In this document: positions 1-7,979 of the stretch, one piece after another
Layout of the letters: the number at the start of each line of letters is the position of its first letter
How positions within the stretch are numbered: the stretch's first letter is position 1
Virus record (IMG/VR): IMGVR_UViG_3300043754_000129
Coordinates: 259,679-323,678 of that record
DNA: 64,000 nucleotides
Strand: one strand, 5' to 3'
From: a virus
Lineage: Duplodnaviria > Caudoviricetes
Program-made: the position numbers and the translations under genes
Notes under the pieces: model-generated
Told to the model about the DNA's origin: nothing
The model's database searches: none
What the model saw: only the letters and a program-made list of their open reading frames with translations

Positions 1-61
1 ATCATGGCGATGCGCGCCTGTGCACGCACCCAATCTTCGTCAGGCGGAATCCAGTACTCGC

Positions 62-490
62 TCACTGGACGTCTTCCCGGTAGAACGGCACGTTCATGAG
101 CAGCACGTACGTGTCCTTGCTGTTCTCGCCACCGGGTGTGGCTTTGTGACACGCTTGCAGTTCATAACGCGCCAGCCTGCCGTCTTCGACGACCGTCTTC
201 AATTCCACGTGCACGCGCTGGTTGATCGCTTCACGAATCGCATGCTCAAACTGCGAGACCACAGCGTGGGCAATCTTCAGCTTGTTGACCGGACCCGTGG
301 CTCGTGCCTCGAGTTCGTCACCAGCCGGCGTCGTATAGAAGAAGACACCCTTATTGCACGCCACACAGGTGGTGCTAGCCGGCCCTTTGTTATCGGCGTT
401 CGAGGCCAAGATGTTGCGAACGTATCCTTCACCGATCTGGATGGAGCCGCCGCAACGTTCGTGGGGACACGGATAGATCCTGCTGTTCAT
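62..490 (-). CDS. Hypothetical protein with N-terminal Zn-finger-like Cys pairs
   Basis: CPHERC...CVAC; fits minus-strand gene packing. Confidence 0.7.
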   Translation of the reverse strand: MNSRIYPCPHERCGGSIQIGEGYVRNILASNADNKGPASTTCVACNKGVFFYTTPAGDELEARATGPVNKLKIAHAVVSQFEHAIREAINQRVHVELKTVVEDGRLARYELQACHKATPGGENSKDTYVLLMNVPFYREDVQ

Positions 491-493
491 TTG

Positions 494-853
494 TTATCCT
501 TGGGGGAGGGGAGGGCGCTTCCAGCCGAAGCTGAGAACGTAACGACTACCGGCTTCGATCTTGGTGACACTGTGCTCTTCCAAGTCCGGCCGGAAGAACG
601 CAATGCGCCACCAACGAAAGAGACACTTACCACACTGGAACACCCCGCCCTTTTCCGGGCGTTTGACTTCGATGTTCAGCCGATAGTGGCGCTGACCAAA
701 GAGCATGGGGTCTTTATGCGGGGGAATCTGGCTGCCTGTGGGGTAGGCAATCAGATGCATGTCCATCGCGAGATGGTTGGAGTTGAGCATGGTGAAGATA
801 CGGTAGCCAGTATTCTGACGACCGTCTTCCCACTTAAACAGCTTCCGCGGCAT
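494..853 (-). CDS. 2OG-Fe(II) oxygenase superfamily protein
   Basis: HKD iron-binding motif (IPPHKDP), GG linker, distal His (EEHSVT) and RYVLSFG; start reassigned to MPRKLF at 853. Confidence 0.8.
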   Translation of the reverse strand: MPRKLFKWEDGRQNTGYRIFTMLNSNHLAMDMHLIAYPTGSQIPPHKDPMLFGQRHYRLNIEVKRPEKGGVFQCGKCLFRWWRIAFFRPDLEEHSVTKIEAGSRYVLSFGWKRPPLPQG

Positions 854-1070
854 GCTTGGCCTCCAGTCGCTCAAGGAGCAGGTGCAAGTCATCCAGCAAG
901 AATTCCGGCTTCGTGATGCAGGCGGTTTCCAAGCAGTGGTAGTGTCGGGCTGCCAACTCCGGCGTATAGTCAGGCGGCGCAGGATACATCAATCGCATCG
1001 TGCGCTTGACCAACTTATCGTAGGCGTCGAGCGGGACAGCAACTGTGCGCTCGTCAGCTGGCGATGGCAT
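834..1070 (-). CDS. Hypothetical protein
   Basis: Start MPSPAD at 1070 with upstream AAGGAA; overlaps neighbours in phage fashion. Confidence 0.65.
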   Translation of the reverse strand: MPSPADERTVAVPLDAYDKLVKRTMRLMYPAPPDYTPELAARHYHCLETACITKPEFLLDDLHLLLERLEAKHAAEAV

Positions 1071-1500
1071 AGTCCGGTTCCTTTTTCTTGATGGTCTTCC
1101 AGCTGAATTGCTTCGGCTCGCCGATCGGTTCCTTGAGCAAGATCTCACCGTTGCGGTAGACCATCGCCTTATACAGCTGGAGATGCACACCACGCCGGAA
1201 ACGGAAGTTAATCGCATCCCCGTTGTCGATCACATCTTCATGCAGCAGCCGGAACTTACGCAGAAGAATACCACCCAACTGCATGGGCGACTGATCCAAC
1301 ACATACGTCGCATCGATCAGGTTGAGCATCGCCGAACGGGCCGCGTGCTCATCTTCGAACTCCCAGCGATGGTTGTCGATGATCTCGCTGTTCGTGAAGA
1401 GGATGGCTTGCCCTTCGTTCTTGCTGATCCACCAGCACGAGCCGTTGGGGAAGAGCATCGCGATCATGAACTTCAGCTTGCCTTCTTTGGCGTCGCTCAT
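1054..1500 (-). CDS. Hypothetical protein
   Basis: 148-aa ORF overlapping the upstream stop, AAGGAAAAGAA upstream. Confidence 0.75.
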   Translation of the reverse strand: MSDAKEGKLKFMIAMLFPNGSCWWISKNEGQAILFTNSEIIDNHRWEFEDEHAARSAMLNLIDATYVLDQSPMQLGGILLRKFRLLHEDVIDNGDAINFRFRRGVHLQLYKAMVYRNGEILLKEPIGEPKQFSWKTIKKKEPDYAIAS

Positions 1501-1829
1501 TTCTTTTCCTTGAAGATGAAGATGATGTCGGGGGGATTGTTGAGCTGGCGCTTGAGCTTATACATCTGCCAAGCAAAGACCGCGATGATCAGGAACATCA
1601 TCGTGCCAAAGAGGAGCGGGACCGCCACCTCGTCGTCGATGGGGAGGTAATCGAAGAAGGGGATGAGCAGCTTACCGCCCATCGAGAGGATCAGCAACGC
1701 ACCCAACCAGCCAATGGGCCAGTAGCGGCTGTTGCGAATGCGACTGGACACCTTGTGGGTGAGCATCCAGCAGTAAATACCGAGACAGAGCACACCAGCG
1801 ACAAAGCGAGCAGCGTTAAGCAAAGTCAT
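1497..1829 (-). CDS. Membrane protein (about 3 TM segments)
   Basis: Hydrophobic segments; AGGAGAAACTC upstream of ATG. Confidence 0.75.
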   Translation of the reverse strand: MTLLNAARFVAGVLCLGIYCWMLTHKVSSRIRNSRYWPIGWLGALLILSMGGKLLIPFFDYLPIDDEVAVPLLFGTMMFLIIAVFAWQMYKLKRQLNNPPDIIFIFKEKK

Positions 1830-1852
1830 GAGTTTCTCCTGAGGCTACGGGC

Positions 1853-1886
1853 AAAAAAAGAAGAGCCGTAAAGGGCTCTTCTTTTC
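1853..1886 (-). terminator. Rho-independent terminator (probably bidirectional)
   Basis: AGAAGAGCC/GGCTCTTCT stem with a T7 tract on the minus strand. Confidence 0.85.
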
Positions 1887-1901
1887 TTCAACGCTGAATG
1901 C

Positions 1902-2342
1902 TTAGGCCTTGGCCTTCGCAGCACGTGCACGGCGGGCTTCTTCGCCGGTATTCAGGCGACCCTTTTCCGCACCGGCCAACTGGTGCAGCATGTCGAGCAG
2001 GCGACCGACGTCGCTGATCGAGCCGATGTCCATCAGGCGATGCTGGTCTTCCATCTTGCGACCGAGCTTCATGGAGAGACGCAGGCCGAAGTAATGCACT
2101 TCACCGTTTGCGCCGTCCTTGACGATCGGACGCAGCACGAACGAGCGGCCGTCGTGCGTGATGAACTCGTGCACGTTGTGGCCTTGCTTCCATTCCTTGA
2201 AGCCCAGGTGCTTCACAGCACCCGACATCGATTCGATGAACGGCAGGATGTCGTTCGCGTGGTGTTCCGCGTTGGCGACCGTGCCGGCGAGACCTTGACT
2301 GTCTTTACGCATCAGCGTGACTTTCGTTTCTTTGTTACCCAT
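1902..2342 (-). CDS. Hypothetical protein
   Basis: 146-aa ORF, phage codon usage, AACCAAGGAAC leader. Confidence 0.8.
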   Translation of the reverse strand: MGNKETKVTLMRKDSQGLAGTVANAEHHANDILPFIESMSGAVKHLGFKEWKQGHNVHEFITHDGRSFVLRPIVKDGANGEVHYFGLRLSMKLGRKMEDQHRLMDIGSISDVGRLLDMLHQLAGAEKGRLNTGEEARRARAAKAKA

Positions 2343-2378
2343 CTTGTTTCAGTTCCTTGGTTTCTAGTTTAAGTGATA

Positions 2379-2400
2379 GGGGACCGAAGTCCCCCGGGGT
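2379..2400 (-). terminator. GC hairpin with TTCG loop
   Basis: GGGGAC-TTCG-GTCCCC directly after the stop at 2408; no good U-tract. Confidence 0.5.
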
Positions 2401-2407
2401 GCTACTC

Positions 2408-4009
2408 TTACAGCGTGACGGCCTTCTGGAAATTCAGGCCCAGGTCACTCATCATGCCGACGAGCTTGTTCAGTTCGTCATGCGTGAATGTGGTGCCCTT
2501 GATCGCGTACGTCTTTTCCAGCAGGCCCTTGGGCGCGTGGCCACCTGCCTGGAAACCTTCTGCGCGCAGACCCTTGTACAGCTGACCGAATTCCGAGAGC
2601 GTAATCGAGATGCCCTTGATTTCGATCGACATCGACAGCAGCGGCACGAGATCGGTCAGGTTCTTCTCGACGATCGAGAGGAGCGGCGCCTGAGCCGATG
2701 CTGCTGCGGATGCTGCCGACGTTGCTGCTGCCTGTGCGGACTTGCTCATGTTTTCCTGTTCCTTCGTTTCGTTGGTTGTGGTTTGTGCTGCTGCTTGTGC
2801 AACCGGTTCCGGCTGCGCAGGCGTCTGATTGAACTGCTCGACGGCGTCCTTCAATTGCGCGTCGGTGGACACACTCGTGACCGGAGCCTGAGCGAACTTC
2901 GTACGGCTGGACGTGGGGAAGTCCGGCATCGGAATGTCCTTCAGACGGTACACGAAGTAGGAGCGACCTGCTTCCGGCTTGACTTCACGACGATCGGCGT
3001 AGCCCTTCTGCGAGAACAGCGACATCGTGGGCGAGACAGAACCCATGGTGAGGCCGTAGTCTGCCAAGAGCAAACCGATTTCGTTGACCGTGTATTCTTC
3101 GCGGTCCGACATCACCTTCCAGATTGCGACGTTCAAGCTGTCGCCCGGCAGAATGTCTTCGTGGGCCTTCACAGGCGGCACGGTTTCGGCTGCTTCCATT
3201 TGCGGCGGAATCGTCCAGGCATTGGGGGTGTCCTTGACGAGATCGTGCAGCGTGGTCGGGTTGGCCACCGTGATCTGCGCGGGCGCTGCTGCCTGCGGAG
3301 CTTCTTCGGTGAACTGTGCCTTGACATCGTCCTTCGGCTGCTCCATCACCGGGCATTCGATGTGAGCCTTCAGGCGGTAGAACGTATTGCCGCCTGTGCC
3401 CTGACGATCGAACCAGCGATTCGAACGCACCATCGTGTCAAGACGGCGATCCACTGCACGGAAGTCGAGCCCGAATTCCTTCAGGATCTGAACCACTTCA
3501 CGCAGCGCACGCCACTTGCGATCACTCATCGCCTTCCAGATGCCGATGTCCACGCCTTCGTCCGCACGCACGACGCCGTTGGGGTCGACGACATGCACTT
3601 CCGGCGCCTTGAAGGCACGCACCTTGGTCTTGCGAGCGACGGCTTCCAGATCGGTGATCTGCTTGCCACGGCGCAGCGTGTAGACCGGCTCGTCCTTGAT
3701 GGTCCGCACGTCGAAGAAGCCGTTCATGTTGAGCATGAAAATCGTCGGCTTCACCGCGTCCAGATCGTTGACCCGGCCCTTCAGCTGCTGGCACACGTCG
3801 TCGCCCGTGTAACCCTTGTACGACATCATCAACTTCACGATCGCCACGTCGATGTCATCTTCCATCGTGATCGTGGTGTCCGGCGTTTCGACCACAGTGG
3901 TCGGCAAAAAGGAATGCTTCATTCCAAACTTACCCCGTTGATTTTGAGACTTGTACAGATTGCGAATGTCACCCATGGCATTGCCGATTGTACCGTTATC
4001 GTTCAACAT
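2408..4009 (-). CDS. Multi-repeat protein with three winged-helix-like domains; putative DNA-binding protein
   Basis: Repeats DIDVAIVKLMM..YTLR, GVDIGIWKAMSDR..YRLK and SLNVAIWKVMSDR..YRLK, plus two C-terminal IKG.(S/T)..(E) repeats; start moved to 4009 (AAGGAG RBS). Confidence 0.75.
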   Translation of the reverse strand: MLNDNGTIGNAMGDIRNLYKSQNQRGKFGMKHSFLPTTVVETPDTTITMEDDIDVAIVKLMMSYKGYTGDDVCQQLKGRVNDLDAVKPTIFMLNMNGFFDVRTIKDEPVYTLRRGKQITDLEAVARKTKVRAFKAPEVHVVDPNGVVRADEGVDIGIWKAMSDRKWRALREVVQILKEFGLDFRAVDRRLDTMVRSNRWFDRQGTGGNTFYRLKAHIECPVMEQPKDDVKAQFTEEAPQAAAPAQITVANPTTLHDLVKDTPNAWTIPPQMEAAETVPPVKAHEDILPGDSLNVAIWKVMSDREEYTVNEIGLLLADYGLTMGSVSPTMSLFSQKGYADRREVKPEAGRSYFVYRLKDIPMPDFPTSSRTKFAQAPVTSVSTDAQLKDAVEQFNQTPAQPEPVAQAAAQTTTNETKEQENMSKSAQAAATSAASAAASAQAPLLSIVEKNLTDLVPLLSMSIEIKGISITLSEFGQLYKGLRAEGFQAGGHAPKGLLEKTYAIKGTTFTHDELNKLVGMMSDLGLNFQKAVTL

Positions 4010-4072
4010 ACTTCTGCTCCTTGGTTTTGGTTTGTTGGTTATAGTGAGCTTCACGTTTGTGCGCTCGGGGGA

Positions 4073-4101
4073 GTTATATAAGTCTGTTTTTCTTTTGAAT
4101 C
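4073..4101 (-). promoter_or_regulatory. 29-bp promoter-like motif, copy 1
   Basis: Minus strand GATTCAAAAGAAAAACAGACTTATATAAC; near-identical to 6218-6246; followed by a leader hairpin, an A/C-rich tract and an RBS. Confidence 0.7.
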
Positions 4102-4151
4102 GTGTTTTTGAGGCACCCCCATTTTAGTTGGTTCTAGAATGTAAGTCAACA

Positions 4152-4191
4152 GCATAAAGCCTAGGTCGCACCCTGTAGGATACGCCTAGGC
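4152..4191 (-). terminator. Long hairpin followed by TTTATGC
   Basis: GCCTAGG-CGTATCC-TACA-GGGTGCG-A-CCTAGGC then TTTATGC (minus strand). Confidence 0.6.
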
Positions 4192-4216
4192 AGTAATAAA
4201 AGAATGCGGATACTAC

Positions 4217-4654
4217 TTAGTGCAACGTCGGCAGAGGATGCATGTCGCACACGAGATCGGTTTCAGGGTCGATCTCGAGGAACCGCGCGTGACGCTCGCG
4301 GCTCAAATGCGTCGGCAAGAAGTCGCTATCGCCAGCCAGGGTCACTGGCCAGATGGCAACGTAAATACCGTGAGCTTCTTTTCCGTTGATGGCGAGATCG
4401 GCCTTTTTGGCGATCACGCAATACTCGACACCTTTGTCTTCAAGTTCATCGTCGTCAAAATCCTCCAAGCTGAGAGTGGCATGCGTGGCGAAATGGTCAA
4501 AGCGATCAACAAGCTCTTCGCTGTCCATATGCTCCATGAGAACCTCGATGATATCGGCACCGGATTCTTCTTCAGGCATGTTCATCATGCTACACCTCGT
4601 GCTGCTTTCTAAGTATGGAAAAGAAAGAAGTGTGATAACGGCATTCCCCGTCAC
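4217..4654 (-). CDS. Acidic hypothetical protein (true start probably MMNMPEE near 4588)
   Basis: Asp/Glu-rich ORF; GAGGTGTAGC RBS-like sequence before the internal Met. Confidence 0.7.
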   Translation of the reverse strand: MTGNAVITLLSFPYLESSTRCSMMNMPEEESGADIIEVLMEHMDSEELVDRFDHFATHATLSLEDFDDDELEDKGVEYCVIAKKADLAINGKEAHGIYVAIWPVTLAGDSDFLPTHLSRERHARFLEIDPETDLVCDMHPLPTLH

Positions 4655-4677
4655 ACGATTACTCGGTTAGTCTTTTC

Positions 4678-5232
4678 CTACTCCGCTGGCCATACGCCTT
4701 TGGCCTTTTGCATGACGACGTCCAAGAGGGCACCGGCTTCCATCTCGACGCTGCGATCGGTCGGATGGTCCATCCGGAAGATCGTCTGAAGCATGTGCGA
4801 GAGGAATTCGCCCCAGAGATTGGTGCGATACGAGCCGGGTTGGTGCGCTGCCACGGCCCACAGTTTCATGTAGTACTGCATTTGCAGCGTCTGCTCACGG
4901 TCGCGCTTTTGGTCAGGAATCACGACGTAGTGGTGCGCTTGAATACGCAGGACTTCTTTGGAGATCTTGTTCTGTGCGATGTCGCTCAACTTCATCGAAG
5001 CAGAACGCTCCGTAATCAGGCCGATGACGGTACCTGTGACTTTCTTCAAGCCCTCTTCTTCGAGCCGTACCATGAGCGTCTCATGCTGCGAGAAGCCTAT
5101 GCATTGCGACAAGTCTAGCTGATTGTCGTCCTTGTAACGAAAGCCAGCCGCCTTCGTCACATTCAGAAGTGTACTGCCCAGATGTCTCACTGAGCGATAC
5201 TCCTCCGGAACATCCCCGCGTTGTAACCACAT
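4678..5232 (-). CDS. Hypothetical protein
   Basis: 184-aa ORF filling the gap between a terminator and the next gene. Confidence 0.7.
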   Translation of the reverse strand: MWLQRGDVPEEYRSVRHLGSTLLNVTKAAGFRYKDDNQLDLSQCIGFSQHETLMVRLEEEGLKKVTGTVIGLITERSASMKLSDIAQNKISKEVLRIQAHHYVVIPDQKRDREQTLQMQYYMKLWAVAAHQPGSYRTNLWGEFLSHMLQTIFRMDHPTDRSVEMEAGALLDVVMQKAKGVWPAE

Positions 5233-5268
5233 ACCCTGCCTCTTGTCGTTGTGGGCGGTCCTTGAAAC

Positions 5269-5300
5269 AAAAAAAAAGAAGGGGGCGACCCCTTCTTTTT
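5269..5300 (-). terminator. Rho-independent terminator (bidirectional)
   Basis: AAGAAGGGG/CCCCTTCTT stem flanked by A and T tracts. Confidence 0.85.
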
Positions 5301-5339
5301 GCCGTGCTACCTCAGGTGGACCGTCTCACAAGATGCTGC

Positions 5340-6167
5340 TTACTGCGAGATCACTTCCATGATTTCACGCGCTTCGAGCACCGTGAACTCCATGCCCTTG
5401 AATGTCACGTGGATCTGGAAGGTGTTATCTTCCAGGCCCGACATCTGCGTGGCTGCATTCAGGAAACGTGCCAGCTTGAATGCCAGAAGACGCGCATCAG
5501 CCGGTTCGATCTTCACTCCGCGGATGTACGTGCTGCGCTCGACGAGACCCTGGCCCGGGAACTGTGCCGGTTCGTCAGCGTACGATTCAACGGAGCTGCC
5601 TTCCGGTTGGACTTGACCGAGCGGCGCGATGAACGGGTAGTAGCCGCTCGGCGTCCAATCACGGCGACCAATGGCTGCCATGCTGGGGCCTTGACCCATG
5701 TCAGCGCGCGGCTGGCGATACACCCCCACGTTCGAGGGGAAGGGTGCTACCTTCAGTGCCTGGGCGCGATGGCGTTCAATGCCGTGTTCGCTATATTTGA
5801 AGCCCACCGTAATCGCGTCCACAAAGTGCGTGAACGGCAGCTTGGGATCCACGCCGTGGGTCTGAGAGATCACCTGGACGAGCTCCGGGCAGGACTGCGT
5901 CAGCTGGAAGCGTGCCGGAGCCGTCTTGTCTTCCTGCTCGATGATCTTGATGAAACCCTGCTCGACGAGCGTCGCGAACTCTTCCTTGATTTCGTCACGC
6001 GCGGGACCGCCCATGTCGTCGGCGATCAGGTTGAGCGGTTCGAGCAGCAGGCCTTCTGCCGACGTGCTGTCCTTGTGTACCAGCGCGTAGCCGATGATCA
6101 GGAGCTTGACGCTGTTCAGATGGTTGACCGTTGCAACTGCGGCTGCTTTCGTGGTGTTCGTGTTCAT
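5340..6167 (-). CDS. Hypothetical protein, N-terminus possibly winged-helix-like
   Basis: 275-aa ORF, EEFATLVEQGFI segment, AAAGGAAC RBS, downstream of promoter-motif copy 2. Confidence 0.8.
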   Translation of the reverse strand: MNTNTTKAAAVATVNHLNSVKLLIIGYALVHKDSTSAEGLLLEPLNLIADDMGGPARDEIKEEFATLVEQGFIKIIEQEDKTAPARFQLTQSCPELVQVISQTHGVDPKLPFTHFVDAITVGFKYSEHGIERHRAQALKVAPFPSNVGVYRQPRADMGQGPSMAAIGRRDWTPSGYYPFIAPLGQVQPEGSSVESYADEPAQFPGQGLVERSTYIRGVKIEPADARLLAFKLARFLNAATQMSGLEDNTFQIHVTFKGMEFTVLEAREIMEVISQ

Positions 6168-6217
6168 GACTGTTCCTTTGGTTTGGTTTGTGAAACTACG
6201 GGATGTAGCTCACGGGT

Positions 6218-6246
6218 GTTATATAGGTCTGTCCTGCTTTTGAATC
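6218..6246 (-). promoter_or_regulatory. 29-bp promoter-like motif, copy 2
   Basis: Minus strand GATTCAAAAGCAGGACAGACCTATATAAC; differs from copy 1 at 4 positions. Confidence 0.7.
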
Positions 6247-6658
6247 ACAACGCAAGCGGTTTCGCGTAAATGCCGCAGATCTTCTCGTCTTTCATCGCCA
6301 GAAAGAAAGGTCGCTTGCCTACCTTCTCCCCGCCGTGTTCCTGGTTCACTTCGATCACACCTTCGAAGCCGTGCGTGTGCAGGCCCGGATTGGGGAACGG
6401 TCCCTTCGTATCGAAGAAGAGCACGAGACACGGGTTCAGACTCAGCTTCATATTGAAGTCGAGCGCACCGTCTCCAAAGCGCTTGAACGATTGAAGGGCT
6501 TCATGCGTGCGCACCATCAGCACATCGAAGAGTGCTTCCTCTTCAGCCGGCGTATGCTCCACGATCCAGTCAAAGACCTTCTCGTAGCCGTCCACGATGT
6601 TTGCTTCCGGATTGCCGGTCAAGAAACGCCAAATCCCCGTTGCGGTTTTCGTTGTCAT
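6245..6658 (-). CDS. Hypothetical protein
   Basis: 137-aa ORF with AGGACTAAAG upstream. Confidence 0.75.
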   Translation of the reverse strand: MTTKTATGIWRFLTGNPEANIVDGYEKVFDWIVEHTPAEEEALFDVLMVRTHEALQSFKRFGDGALDFNMKLSLNPCLVLFFDTKGPFPNPGLHTHGFEGVIEVNQEHGGEKVGKRPFFLAMKDEKICGIYAKPLAL

Positions 6659-6685
6659 TACTTTAGTCCTGGTATTACCTGATCA

Positions 6686-6713
6686 GCATAAACGCCCGGG
6701 ACCACCCCGGGCA
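6686..6713 (-). terminator. Hairpin followed by GTTTATGC
   Basis: GCCCGGGG-TGGT-CCCCGGGC-GTTTATGC after the stop at 6732. Confidence 0.65.
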
Positions 6714-6731
6714 TCTATGCACTTAAGCCAT

Positions 6732-7541
6732 TTAGGCCTGGAGAGCGAAGGTCTCGTCACGAGCCGCTTCTTCGTCGAGCGGCACGCTCGTCTTCTTGCC
6801 CGGACGACGGTTGTCGGTTGCAGCCTTCAGGGCCGAGCCGAGTGCCGTTTCGTGCATTTCGGGCTTGGCTTCTTGCGCGCCGCGCGGGCGGATGTCCGCA
6901 GCCTTCGGCGTACGCAGGTCCTTGGCTTCGGCCGCGCGATGCGGTTTGCCACCCTTCTTCGCTTCTTCCTTCTTCACGAACTGGGGCATGATGTCCAGTG
7001 CGAAGAGTTCACCGACGAGTTGCGCGACGAATTGCTCGAGGCCTTGGTAGTTGAAGGAGAGTTCCTTCGACGCTTCCGCGGTCTTGAACTTCGTGAGCGC
7101 GATCTTCGTGACGTCGCCGTCGGCGAACATGACGCGGCCGTCTTCGATGAACACGGCTTGCACGTAGTCGGCCAGTGCCGGCTCGCCCTTCGCGTTTTGC
7201 AGGCGCAGGTAGTCCTCGGCCTTCACCAGACCGAAGAGGGTGCCCGTGACCTTGACGAAGCCGCCGTCAGCGATGCGGTTGATCGTGAAGCCATCGACGA
7301 TGATCAGGCCGTGCTGGTACGTGTTGAAGCCGGTCTTGTAGTTACCGAGACGCAGCACGTCGATGATCTGGTAGAAACGCTTGACTTCCGGAATTGCGTG
7401 CTCGGTGAGCGTGTCACCGTGATAGCCCTTGGCGCGCAGGTTGATCACGCGTGCCTTGGGACCCCGAGGTGCGAACGACTTCTTGGCCTCGTGCTTGTTG
7501 TGGCCATTGTGCGAACGCTTGTTGGTTTTGGTCTGGTTCAT
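6732..7541 (-). CDS. Hypothetical protein with basic low-complexity termini
   Basis: 269-aa ORF, GGAAGGAAGAAGAGC RBS, strong phage codon bias. Confidence 0.8.
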   Translation of the reverse strand: MNQTKTNKRSHNGHNKHEAKKSFAPRGPKARVINLRAKGYHGDTLTEHAIPEVKRFYQIIDVLRLGNYKTGFNTYQHGLIIVDGFTINRIADGGFVKVTGTLFGLVKAEDYLRLQNAKGEPALADYVQAVFIEDGRVMFADGDVTKIALTKFKTAEASKELSFNYQGLEQFVAQLVGELFALDIMPQFVKKEEAKKGGKPHRAAEAKDLRTPKAADIRPRGAQEAKPEMHETALGSALKAATDNRRPGKKTSVPLDEEAARDETFALQA

Positions 7542-7563
7542 GCTCTTCTTCCTTCCAGCTTAG

Positions 7564-7926
7564 TTAATGAATGGTGGCACCCTTTGGTGCACCAAGCGTG
7601 TCAAGGGGCGCGTCCGGGTCACGCGCCACGCAGCAGAGAATCTGCCCATGTTTGTCGAGACCAAAACGAAACCCTGGATTTTCAAACTCGTTGATGTGGA
7701 AGATGAATTCCGCAGCCCTCACCGTGTCAGGCTCGCCGGTCCGGCGTGCATACGGCGGCAACGTCATCTCCCCTTCAGCGTACTTCAACACCATGTAGCT
7801 GCCCTGGTACGGCATCATCACCTGATTCAATGCCACACCAAAGCGCGCCACATCTGCTTCCCCTGGGGTGTTTTCCCGGACGAACTCGAAGAGGTCGTCA
7901 ATATCCCCTACGTCTTCTGGCTCCAT
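7564..7926 (-). CDS. Hypothetical protein
   Basis: 120-aa ORF with GGGGAG RBS. Confidence 0.7.
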   Translation of the reverse strand: MEPEDVGDIDDLFEFVRENTPGEADVARFGVALNQVMMPYQGSYMVLKYAEGEMTLPPYARRTGEPDTVRAAEFIFHINEFENPGFRFGLDKHGQILCCVARDPDAPLDTLGAPKGATIH

Positions 7927-7979
7927 CTAACTCCCCATTGAACCACCGGGGACACGTGTCCCCGGCTTCACTGCGCAGC

